Virus record (IMG/VR): IMGVR_UViG_3300031992_000067
Location: 18,360 to 82,359 of that record
From: a virus
Lineage: Duplodnaviria > Caudoviricetes
DNA length: 64,000 nt
Strand: one strand, 5' to 3'
The notes under the pieces were generated by a model. That model made no database searches. It was not told the DNA's origin and was given only the letters and a program-made list of their open reading frames with translations. Every line of letters begins with the position of its first letter. Position 1 is the stretch's first letter. Shown here in pieces: positions 44,394-53,310 of this stretch. A program made the position numbers and the translations under genes.

Positions 44394-45251
44394 ATGAACA
44401 CCGACTACAAGGAACTGGCCATGTATCTGGCCAACAGAATGTATAAGTGGTTTGAAAAGGAAGCCGGGTACAAGAACAAGAAGGATTACAAGGCTGTCAT
44501 CGGCATCTCCGGAGGCAAGGATTCAGCAGTGGCGGCGGCCATAGCCTGCGAGGCGATCGGCAAGGAGAACGTGTACGGAGTGCTGATGCCGAACGGCGAG
44601 CAGGCCGACATCGAGGATTCAGAAAAGGTCTGCAGGTTCCTGGACATCAAATGGGGCGTGTGCAAGATTGACGGCCCATACGTAGCGATGCTCGCCGCGC
44701 TGAACGTCTCTGACGTCGACATCAGAGACAGGGAGAAGTGGTGGAACCCAGACAAGTTCGAATGCGACACGAGAGTCACGACGAACCTGCCGGCCAGACT
44801 CCGCATGTGCGCGCTGTACTCGATCGCCGCCAGAATCAACGGCCGCGTCATCGGCACCGGAAACTTCTCCGAGGCCATCGCCGGCTACACCACGCTGTGG
44901 GGCGACTCGGCCTGCGACTACAATCCGTTGGCCCGCATGTACGCCGACGAGGTCGTGGAGGTGGGGCGTGCGCTGGGCGACCTGCCGGAGGAGGTACTGT
45001 CAAAACCGCCGTCCGACGGAATGTCCGGGAAGACAGACGAGGACAACCTCGGCTTCACCTACGCGGAGCTCAAGGCCGCGATGCACAGGACTGGCGACGA
45101 GGTCCCGCCGAAGTACGACGAGGTGATGAAGCGGGCGACTGCCGCATCGTTCAAGCGCAGGCTTCTAATAGGGATACCGCATCCGAGCGTGGAGCGCCAC
45201 CTTGACGGCTCAATCGACATGATACGCACGATGGACGCCTGGAACAAGTAA
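44394..45251 (+). CDS. nadE: NH3-dependent NAD+ synthetase
   Basis: GISGGKDSAV, N..ARLRM..LY, VIGTGN.SE..GYTT.WGD, KPPSDG...TDED.LGFTY. Confidence 0.9.
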   Translation: MNTDYKELAMYLANRMYKWFEKEAGYKNKKDYKAVIGISGGKDSAVAAAIACEAIGKENVYGVLMPNGEQADIEDSEKVCRFLDIKWGVCKIDGPYVAMLAALNVSDVDIRDREKWWNPDKFECDTRVTTNLPARLRMCALYSIAARINGRVIGTGNFSEAIAGYTTLWGDSACDYNPLARMYADEVVEVGRALGDLPEEVLSKPPSDGMSGKTDEDNLGFTYAELKAAMHRTGDEVPPKYDEVMKRATAASFKRRLLIGIPHPSVERHLDGSIDMIRTMDAWNK

Positions 45252-45299
45252 CGCCGGCGCCCGGTTTGTGGTATCATATACGGGCTTAGGAGAGACAAA

Positions 45300-46871
45300 A
45301 TGAAAAACAACCCCAACGCGGTGGAGGTGATTCTGCGCGACGGGTTCATGGAGGTGGTAGGCGAATGCCAGCGCCTCAAGAACAAGTTGCGCTATTTCCG
45401 CAAGGAGGTCGAACTGGTCGGCTACGAGCGGAAGGTTACAAAGCACTTCGAGGAGCTGTTCACGGAGGGTTCAAACGACGAGAACTATATCGTCACGATG
45501 CCCGGGTTCGCGCACAAGGTCCTGGACTTCTTCAGGAAGTCCGGGCGCAAATACGTGTTCAAGGATGCGCGAACCCCGTTCCCGGCCCCGGACTACAAAA
45601 AGGCTTTCAATGGCCTAAGACCGTATCAAGTACCTTTAGTGGGAAAGATGGTAAAGTCCGGAGGAGGGATTCTACGGGGCTCTACCGGAATGGGAAAGAC
45701 ATGCTGCGCCGCGGCCATAATCAGGGCATTCGACAAGGATGAGCTGAGGGCTAGAGGCACTCCTACCTGCGTGTTCGCGTGTCCCGACAGGGACATCAAC
45801 CGCAAGAACTGGGAGGAGTTCCAGCGCTGGCTTCCCGACAGGGAGATCGGCCTCATAATGTCCGGGTCCGGTAACATTCCGTCCGACGACGTGGTGTGCT
45901 GCACCATCGACTCCCTGGAGCATATAGACCCGGATCAGGTTGGGATTCTAATCGTCGATGAGATGCATGCCTCGGCGTCGTCAGGCAGGGCTGAGAAGAT
46001 ATCGGCCTTCACAAAGGCCAGGCGATGGGGGGTGTCGGCAACGCCTACGGGAAGGTTCGACGGCGCCGACATCGTGGCAGAGGGTCTGTACGGGCCTATA
46101 GTGGCCGAGTTCACCTATCAGGACGGGGTGGATACCGGGGCCTTGGTGCCGATAACGGTGCTATGGCTCGACGCTCCACCCCCTACATGCGGGCTTGAGA
46201 TGTACGGCAAGTTCAAGAAGCGCGAGGCCAAGATCAGGCACGGTAGCCTCGTAAACGAGGACTTCACGCGAATGGTGGCCGACATCATGAACTGCATCCC
46301 GCCGTCATTGCAGACGCTGTGCATGCTGCAGTTCATAGAGCAGATGCACTACATCAAGAAGTTCTGCTCCGACAGGATAGGCGTGGTCCATGCCGAGACC
46401 AACCCGGACAAGCTCCGGTCGTTCCCCTCCGTGCCGGCTATAAAGCCCAAAGAGAGGAAGCAAATATACGACGATTTCAGGAACGGGAACATCACCTCAA
46501 TAATCTCCACTCATTGCTGGAAGCAGGGGGTTGACTTTCCGGGACTGTCGGTTGTGATCAATGCAGGCGGCGGGGGATCCGAGATCGTCGCCAAGCAGGT
46601 CCCAGGACGTGCGTCGAGAAAGACGGATGGCAAGGACCAGGCATACATCATAGACTTCGTTCACAAATGGGACAGAGAGGATCCGGTGACTTTCTCGGGG
46701 AAGCCTGGTCCTCTCCTGTCGTGCGACTTCGCTCGCAGGAAGGCATATAATGACCTGGGGTTTACGCAGGTGTCATGCAGCAGTTTGACAGACATACCGT
46801 TCGTGGAACGGGACGAGATAATGAAGACTCCAACCTACCAGCGGAGTCGCCACCAGGGGATTCAGCTGTAG
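45300..46871 (+). CDS. Superfamily 2 DNA helicase (UvsW-like)
   Basis: STGMGKT, IVDEMH, SAT, GVDFP, Q..GR..R. Confidence 0.85.
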   Translation: MKNNPNAVEVILRDGFMEVVGECQRLKNKLRYFRKEVELVGYERKVTKHFEELFTEGSNDENYIVTMPGFAHKVLDFFRKSGRKYVFKDARTPFPAPDYKKAFNGLRPYQVPLVGKMVKSGGGILRGSTGMGKTCCAAAIIRAFDKDELRARGTPTCVFACPDRDINRKNWEEFQRWLPDREIGLIMSGSGNIPSDDVVCCTIDSLEHIDPDQVGILIVDEMHASASSGRAEKISAFTKARRWGVSATPTGRFDGADIVAEGLYGPIVAEFTYQDGVDTGALVPITVLWLDAPPPTCGLEMYGKFKKREAKIRHGSLVNEDFTRMVADIMNCIPPSLQTLCMLQFIEQMHYIKKFCSDRIGVVHAETNPDKLRSFPSVPAIKPKERKQIYDDFRNGNITSIISTHCWKQGVDFPGLSVVINAGGGGSEIVAKQVPGRASRKTDGKDQAYIIDFVHKWDREDPVTFSGKPGPLLSCDFARRKAYNDLGFTQVSCSSLTDIPFVERDEIMKTPTYQRSRHQGIQL

Positions 46872-47437
46872 AGTCGGCGGCCCTGCAGGCGGAAGACGCA
46901 TACTGGGACGAGGCGGCGCGAAGGTATCGCCTTCCGCGTCCTGACAGGTCGGACCCTACGTCTGGATGGGACGAGTTCGTGCAACTGGCCGTGCTTTGCA
47001 TAGCCAGGGGCTGGGACGTCGTGGACTACGTGCGGTCTGTTCTTGGCAGACCCCATTCAAGGGTTGTGCTGGCGCATGACATCGTGTCGCATCCAAACGT
47101 GGTCTGGTACACCGCCAAGAAATCCGCCAAGACGGAATGCAACGCCGAAGCCGAGTACCGGCGATGCGTGGAGCTCGTCATACAGCAGGAGCTGGACGGG
47201 ATAGACGAGAAACCCATTCTGCTGTCGCCGTCTACAGGGTTGCCGGCGTGGTTCAGGGTGGTGTACCCTGAAAGGCCGGACATCGAGATAATCGACCTGT
47301 GGGGCGACGCAGCAAAGGCCGAGTTCGACGCCGCTCAGTCAAGGGTTGAGCTGGTAAAGAAGCTGTTCCCTGACAAATGGGAGCGCATCAAGAAGATGCT
47401 GTGGTTCTACGGAAAGGAGGGCGAAAATGGTCTGTGA
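46775..47437 (+). CDS. Hypothetical protein in replication module
   Basis: Sits between helicases; start uncertain, overlaps upstream gene. Confidence 0.55.
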   Translation: MQQFDRHTVRGTGRDNEDSNLPAESPPGDSAVESAALQAEDAYWDEAARRYRLPRPDRSDPTSGWDEFVQLAVLCIARGWDVVDYVRSVLGRPHSRVVLAHDIVSHPNVVWYTAKKSAKTECNAEAEYRRCVELVIQQELDGIDEKPILLSPSTGLPAWFRVVYPERPDIEIIDLWGDAAKAEFDAAQSRVELVKKLFPDKWERIKKMLWFYGKEGENGL

Positions 47438-48929
47438 CAATGAAATGCAGACAAGACTACTGTGCGCCCTCGCGGCGGACCCGGAGTTCTTTGAGCAGAA
47501 TGTGAACAAGCTCCGTTTGTCCGACTTCCCGTCGGCTACCGTGAGGTTGTTGTTCGAGACACTGCGCGCACACTGGCGCCAGTATGGGAGGCTTCCCACT
47601 TCACGGGTGTTCCCCGAGGAGATGAAGAACTCCATGCGTGGTATCGGTCCGGACGGGCAGGAGTCAATAACCACGTCCGTTCCGGCCACCTTGGTAAGCG
47701 CCGTGGCCGCTGGGATAGGAAGTGTCTTCAAGGCCCTGAAGGAACCTGACAACCGTGACACGGCCTATTTCCGCGACAGGCTTAGGGAGTATCTGTCCAC
47801 AGTCCGTCTTAGCGCCATGCCTGGTCAGGACATGAACGCCACCGAGCAGCTGGAGGCGGCGGCCCAGATAAAGGCCGAGGTCGACCAGATAACCGGCGGC
47901 GGGAAGAAGGGCAAGGCCACTTCCGCCAGGAAGAGGGTAGTCATGAAACGGCAGATGCTACCTCCGAAGTTCGGAACCGGAATCTGGCCGATAGACATTC
48001 GCATGAACCGCGGGCTTGAACTCGGTGAAATCGGATGTGTATTAGCCGGATCAGGCGTTGGCAAGTCCAACATCCTCGTGAACATAGCGGCAAACTCGGC
48101 GCTTCGAGGGCAAAGGAGCCTGTTCCTGACGCTCGAGCTGTCGGAGGAGGTCATACTCCGCCGTCTCCACGCGATGATGGGCAACTTCCCGATGTCGCTA
48201 ATGGGAACACCAGAGGAGGAATGGCCAAAGTCTGATCTGGCGAGATACGACTGGATGCTGTCCGACTCGTTCCCGAACATCGACTATGTGACTATCAACT
48301 CCGAGTACGTGGACAAGACGCCGACGTGCGAGGACCTGGACAGGGAGATAACGGACTGGAGGGAGTCGCTGGAGAAACAGGGCATAGGTCCGGAACAGGC
48401 ACCGTTCGTACTGGTGGACTACATACGCCAGATTGACCCGGGAAAGCTGTCGACCAAGAACGACAACACCAACACGAAGTATGGCGCAATCATGCAAAGC
48501 CTGAAGAGGCTGGCCATGAAACACCATTGCGTGATATGGACTGCGCAGCAGGTGACCCGTGCGGCCAACCGCAAGGAGCATATCCGGAAGGACGACATAG
48601 CCGATTCAATCGCGATCGTCAACCACTGCGACGCCGTGCTGGGATTCGTACCGGTCGGCGACCAGGGCAACGACGCGCCCACTACCGAGGAGTCAGAGGA
48701 CGACACGGTGTCAAACCATGCCGACAAGGAGCGCCAGATGAACGTGGACTTCGTCAAGCTGAGAAACGCCGGTGAGACGGGGTCGTTTTGCACGGTGTTC
48801 CAGAACCGCAGCCTCAGGCTGTGGACCGCGGAGCCTTACGCGCAGGTGGTTGAAAAGCTGGCCAAATCCGGGGACTACGAGAAGTTCTTCTCCGTGATGC
48901 GTCCCAAGGAGGCGAAGGTGGTGCAATGA
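47427..48929 (+). CDS. dnaB: DnaB-like replicative helicase
   Basis: AGSGVGKS, FLTLEL, VLVDYI, WTAQQVTR, DIADS. Confidence 0.88.
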   Translation: MVCDNEMQTRLLCALAADPEFFEQNVNKLRLSDFPSATVRLLFETLRAHWRQYGRLPTSRVFPEEMKNSMRGIGPDGQESITTSVPATLVSAVAAGIGSVFKALKEPDNRDTAYFRDRLREYLSTVRLSAMPGQDMNATEQLEAAAQIKAEVDQITGGGKKGKATSARKRVVMKRQMLPPKFGTGIWPIDIRMNRGLELGEIGCVLAGSGVGKSNILVNIAANSALRGQRSLFLTLELSEEVILRRLHAMMGNFPMSLMGTPEEEWPKSDLARYDWMLSDSFPNIDYVTINSEYVDKTPTCEDLDREITDWRESLEKQGIGPEQAPFVLVDYIRQIDPGKLSTKNDNTNTKYGAIMQSLKRLAMKHHCVIWTAQQVTRAANRKEHIRKDDIADSIAIVNHCDAVLGFVPVGDQGNDAPTTEESEDDTVSNHADKERQMNVDFVKLRNAGETGSFCTVFQNRSLRLWTAEPYAQVVEKLAKSGDYEKFFSVMRPKEAKVVQ

Positions 48930-49915
48930 CCGAGAGACAGCTCCGCAAGGCCCTTGCGGCCAAGTTCGGGGATGTCACGGTGGCGAGTGGCGGGAACGGA
49001 ACGGAACTCATAATCGACTGCCCGTTCTGCGACCGCCACAAGCTTTCGGTCAACGTCTCCAAGGGATGCTATCAGTGCTGGCACTGCCATGAGACCGGAA
49101 TGGTCGGAAAGCTTCTTGGCTACCGCGTGGTGGTGGACAAACCGGAGAAAAGGCCGAGGCCGAAGGCGCTGGGGTACATGGCCCCAGGAGACCTGATACC
49201 GCTGGACGAACTCCCAGAAGACCACGAGGCCACGCTGTACGTGAAACGCAGGAAGTTCGACCCAGGATACCTGTCAAAGGTGTTTGGGTTGTGCTACTGC
49301 TCACGCGGCCGTGAATATGGCGGAGGTGTGTTCAACACTTCCGGGACCATAGTGATACCTGTACGTGAAAACGGAAAGGACATAGCGTGGCAGGCCAGGC
49401 TGCTCTACGACCCTGACAAGGTACGTGAGGGCGAGGAGTCCGCATACGGGTGGAAGTTCGAGGACGGCAAGTTTAAAAAGCCGCCCAAGTACTTCACATC
49501 GCCTGGCTTTCGCAAGGGCGAGCACTTCTTCAACTTCGACCAGGCCTCAAAGTGCGGTTTCGTCGTGGTCACGGAAGGGGCGTTCGACGCCATGCGTGTT
49601 GGACGTTGCGCGGTAGCCGCGTTTGGAAAGAGCCTCACGGACACCCAGGTACAGATACTTAGGGACAGGTGGCCGCTAATAGTGCTGCTGCTGGACCCTG
49701 ACGCAGAAGAGGACCAGTATGTACTGAGAAGGCGTGTCGAGGGATCAGGACCGTTCGGTGGTGCATCCTCCGGTACGCGGTGCGTGTCGGTCAAGCTGAC
49801 CGGATACAAGGACGCCGGCGAGGCGCCAGAATCTGAAGTGCGGAGGCAGATCGTCCTCTCCGCAGCCGCAGAAGGTGTTGACCTGTCGCGGTATTCACGG
49901 ACGAATCCGTTTTAA
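48926..49915 (+). CDS. DNA primase (zinc finger plus TOPRIM)
   Basis: CPFC...CWHC; TEGAFDA; LDPD. Confidence 0.85.
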   Translation: MTERQLRKALAAKFGDVTVASGGNGTELIIDCPFCDRHKLSVNVSKGCYQCWHCHETGMVGKLLGYRVVVDKPEKRPRPKALGYMAPGDLIPLDELPEDHEATLYVKRRKFDPGYLSKVFGLCYCSRGREYGGGVFNTSGTIVIPVRENGKDIAWQARLLYDPDKVREGEESAYGWKFEDGKFKKPPKYFTSPGFRKGEHFFNFDQASKCGFVVVTEGAFDAMRVGRCAVAAFGKSLTDTQVQILRDRWPLIVLLLDPDAEEDQYVLRRRVEGSGPFGGASSGTRCVSVKLTGYKDAGEAPESEVRRQIVLSAAAEGVDLSRYSRTNPF

Positions 49916-49927
49916 GGAGGACTTAAA

Positions 49928-50191
49928 ATGCATGCGCTTAGAGCAATGGCCGCCGCAAAGGCGGTTGAGCCATACTTTGACGATATTCTCCACTCATGCG
50001 CATTTGGCGCAATCGGAAACGCAGTCGCCCATGCCAGAACCCAGGTAAAGTTCAACGTTGACGGCGACATAAGGGCGCAAGACGCACTCGCAACACGGCT
50101 AAAAGGAGAAGGGTATAAAATCGACTGGGATACATCCGGCGGACCAAGAACCGATGACTCGGCCGTGATGATCATTTCATGGGGGGAATGA
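49928..50191 (+). CDS. Hypothetical protein (tandem paralog of next gene)
   Basis: C-terminal KIDW.T..GPRTDDSAVM.I.W. Confidence 0.65.
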   Translation: MHALRAMAAAKAVEPYFDDILHSCAFGAIGNAVAHARTQVKFNVDGDIRAQDALATRLKGEGYKIDWDTSGGPRTDDSAVMIISWGE

Positions 50192-50195
50192 CGAC

Positions 50196-50483
50196 ATGGA
50201 CAATAAAACAAGAGGGGAAACGGGCGTGACGGCCGAGCAGGCCCGCAAGATCACGGAGTCATGCGCGCCACGGGTGGACAGGGAGCTGTACGGGCAGGCC
50301 TGCCGCGAGATACGCTCCGCTGCGCAGGTCGGCAAACATTCGTGCCTGCTTCCCATCGAATACGGCTACGAGCAGCAGAACGCTCTGGCCAAGCGGCTGG
50401 TGGGCGATGGATTCAAAGTGGACTGGGTCACCGGCAACGGACCGCGCACGGATGACTGCGCAGTCATGAAAATCAAGTGGTAG
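50196..50483 (+). CDS. Hypothetical protein (tandem paralog of previous gene)
   Basis: C-terminal KVDW.T..GPRTDDCAVM.I.W. Confidence 0.65.
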   Translation: MDNKTRGETGVTAEQARKITESCAPRVDRELYGQACREIRSAAQVGKHSCLLPIEYGYEQQNALAKRLVGDGFKVDWVTGNGPRTDDCAVMKIKW

Positions 50484-50492
50484 GAGGTTGAC

Positions 50493-51038
50493 ATGGGACG
50501 CAAGATGGTGTATGTTGCGACTGGTCTGACAGAGTACAGGAAGTACGCGAAGAACGACGAGGACAAGATAGACCTTGCCAACCTCGTCGACTCCGACACC
50601 CTGTACGACTACCTTGACAAGACGGCCGAGGGCGTCGACTTCGTAGACTCGGTGGAATCGGTAGACGAGTTCGACGCCGGGTACGGGTGGCTCAGGGCCA
50701 ACCCAGCTCTTAAGTTTTCCGACGAGGGCGACTTCTTCAAGATAAGCTTTCCGTCGGCCAAGGCCCATAAGGAGTGGTTCAGGAAACCGTACGAGACGTA
50801 CATGCGCGAACTGCAGGCCGTGCTGGGAGGCGCATGCCTGGAGAACTTCGCGAAATACGAACTTCTCAGTCCAGACTACCTGATTAAGACGGCGTACAGC
50901 CGGCAGTGGAGCGGGTACGTGGCCGTAGTCGGTCCGTCGGGATGCATCGAGGAGCTCGACTACCCGATGGAGTTCCTCAGGTCGATAAAGCCACGTGAAC
51001 AATGGCTTGTTTCAAAGAAGGGGTGGACATACAAATGA
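50493..51038 (+). CDS. Hypothetical protein
   Basis: AGGAGG RBS. Confidence 0.65.
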   Translation: MGRKMVYVATGLTEYRKYAKNDEDKIDLANLVDSDTLYDYLDKTAEGVDFVDSVESVDEFDAGYGWLRANPALKFSDEGDFFKISFPSAKAHKEWFRKPYETYMRELQAVLGGACLENFAKYELLSPDYLIKTAYSRQWSGYVAVVGPSGCIEELDYPMEFLRSIKPREQWLVSKKGWTYK

Positions 51039-51340
51039 TGACAGACTCAATGTGGCAGTACACACAGGGCGAAGTCGTCCTGTCGGTTCCGCAGATCACG
51101 GAACGGATCGTGGTGACGGGCATCATAATCAATGACGACCCGCTTCCTGAAAACATGGTGCACATACCGTTGTCAAAGGTCGACTACGTAATAACCAATG
51201 CCGAGTACCGTAAAAAGTACGCGGAGTTCTCAATTGGGGAAAGGTCGTTCTACGTGATCGACTCGCCAGAAGTGAGACAGGCGCTTGAGAACACAATGTT
51301 CGAGAACGTTTTCTCCGGAGGCTTGGATGACCAGGACTGA
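51035..51340 (+). CDS. Hypothetical protein
   Basis: ATGA overlap. Confidence 0.55.
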   Translation: MMTDSMWQYTQGEVVLSVPQITERIVVTGIIINDDPLPENMVHIPLSKVDYVITNAEYRKKYAEFSIGERSFYVIDSPEVRQALENTMFENVFSGGLDDQD

Positions 51341-51602
51341 AGAAGCTTTTGAAGAGGCTAAGAAATGGGAGAATCTGGCTCTCAGGTACGCCGAGTCCAT
51401 CGGAGTGTACGAGTACGAGGTGAACGACCATTTCATGGAGTACTGGTCGTTCTACGGCAATGAGGGCTGGTACTTCATCCGGTACGACCTTGAGGCAGGC
51501 AAGGAGGTATTCCGCGGCGCCAACATTCCGTGGGATGGTCTGATTCCCAGGTTCCTTCTGACGGAATCTGGGGCAACAAAATACAACTACTTGGAGGGTT
51601 GA
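51327..51602 (+). CDS. Hypothetical protein
   Basis: GGAGG RBS. Confidence 0.6.
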   Translation: MTRTEEAFEEAKKWENLALRYAESIGVYEYEVNDHFMEYWSFYGNEGWYFIRYDLEAGKEVFRGANIPWDGLIPRFLLTESGATKYNYLEG

Positions 51603-51603
51603 A

Positions 51604-52185
51604 ATGGAAGACAAAGACAACAAGTCTGTATCGCAGAGAAATGACTTCAGCTACAGGGAGGTTGAGACGTTCGGGCAGATGATGCTGTCGCTCCCGAACA
51701 TATGCAACGACCAGGCGGCCATGGACATGTCCACGCCTGAAGTGGTGCATCAACTTGTGCGCGTGGCATCAGAGTTCGATGCGGAGTGGGTGAAGCTCAC
51801 TGATGAGGAGCACGATGAACTGCATGAGGACTGGCTGGAGGAGGTAGACAAACTGGCAAGGTGGGTTAAGGACCACCTGTACGACGTGCTGCACAACGAG
51901 CTCGAGTACGGAATGTATCGGGCCAGAAGGCGCGTATGGGGGTATTCAATATACCAAACCGGGTGCGGAACTAGTGAAATATGGGTGTCGGCAGACAGGA
52001 ACGACGCATTGTCGCTCATGCTTGGAGAAGCCACCTACAAGGTTGGAGTCAAAATGAGTTCTGCACCAATACACTTTGAATACTGGGATAAGACATGTGA
52101 TTCGGACGCTTTGCCATCAGCAACGGTACGAATAGGCGATCAACGGGTTGAGTACCGGTTGATAAGCAAACTGAAGGAGGACTAG
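51604..52185 (+). CDS. Hypothetical protein
   Basis: ORF in operon. Confidence 0.6.
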   Translation: MEDKDNKSVSQRNDFSYREVETFGQMMLSLPNICNDQAAMDMSTPEVVHQLVRVASEFDAEWVKLTDEEHDELHEDWLEEVDKLARWVKDHLYDVLHNELEYGMYRARRRVWGYSIYQTGCGTSEIWVSADRNDALSLMLGEATYKVGVKMSSAPIHFEYWDKTCDSDALPSATVRIGDQRVEYRLISKLKED

Positions 52186-52188
52186 ACT

Positions 52189-53136
52189 ATGACAATCGAG
52201 ACAAGCACAGATATCGTGCCGCTCATCAACGTGGGCACGTACTGGGGTCCATTCGAGTACGAGCGGATCTGGGGTAACGACATCTACAACTACAAGGAAG
52301 ATGAGGGCGCTATAGTCTGCGACGACTACGACCATGCCAAGTTCGGCGAGATGCTGGTAGAGGAGTCCAACAGGATCTTCGAGGATGAGAAGCCCATGTC
52401 AGAGTACGGGGTTCTGTCGATCAAAGCCACGAAGTTCTGGTCTCCGCGTGAATACAACTTCACGGACGACAGGCTGTACCTCGACATCGAGGTAACGGAC
52501 GACTTCCTTGAGAAGGCGGTCAAGATCATCATGGCGCCCGAGAACAAGGAAAAGGTGTCCAAGTACATGGAGGATAACTGGAAGACGCGTGACGGGTTCA
52601 TCAGCAGCATGCCGGCCGAGAGCTACTGGGAGCTCGAGCAGCTGTTCCAGGACCTTGGAGACGGCACCATAGAAAGCTACGACTACGAGCTCGGGTGGGG
52701 TTCCGTAGTGGCGCTACTGTGGCTGGTTACGGAAAACAGCTCAGAAGATCTTACAGAAGGCGAGGGATACCTGACCGAACTACTTGAAGAGCGCGTGACA
52801 GGCAACCACTCGCTGTCCGAGTTCTGCACGATTCTCGGCCGGCAGGAGGCCATCTCCACCTACAAGGAGCACACGATGAACTTCGGCAAGTTCAAGGCGC
52901 AACTTGACCGTGACATCGCCAAGTATTGTGAATCCGGTGTTCCGAAGGATTCGTGCGAGAAGGCCGAACGGTACAAAAAGCGCGTGCTTGACCTCGTAAA
53001 CGACTATGAGGAGAGGCAGGACGAGCTGATAGCGAGTTTCCATCCGGACTACGAACAAGTCACCAAGTACCTTGACGAGCTCCGCGAAGAGTGGGAGGAG
53101 ACCAGGGACAAGAAGCTTGAGGAACTGTGGAAATGA
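52189..53136 (+). CDS. Hypothetical acidic protein
   Basis: 315 aa, GGAGG RBS. Confidence 0.65.
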   Translation: MTIETSTDIVPLINVGTYWGPFEYERIWGNDIYNYKEDEGAIVCDDYDHAKFGEMLVEESNRIFEDEKPMSEYGVLSIKATKFWSPREYNFTDDRLYLDIEVTDDFLEKAVKIIMAPENKEKVSKYMEDNWKTRDGFISSMPAESYWELEQLFQDLGDGTIESYDYELGWGSVVALLWLVTENSSEDLTEGEGYLTELLEERVTGNHSLSEFCTILGRQEAISTYKEHTMNFGKFKAQLDRDIAKYCESGVPKDSCEKAERYKKRVLDLVNDYEERQDELIASFHPDYEQVTKYLDELREEWEETRDKKLEELWK

Positions 53137-53288
53137 ACCACACCCCGTCATGGCTTGTGATTCTAGTCGCCACTATCCCCAGCCTGGCGTTCATAACGGG
53201 TTCAATACTTATGGCGCTTGATGAAAAAGGATTGGAGTCAGTAGTGTTCCTGCTTATGGCGGTATGCACGCTCCCGAGATGGAGATAA
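53133..53288 (+). CDS. Small two-TM membrane protein (51 aa, not in ORF track)
   Basis: ATGA overlap; frame checked open; hydrophobic. Confidence 0.5.
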   Translation: MNHTPSWLVILVATIPSLAFITGSILMALDEKGLESVVFLLMAVCTLPRWR

Positions 53289-53310
53289 TCTGTATTGAAA
53301 GGAGGCCATT

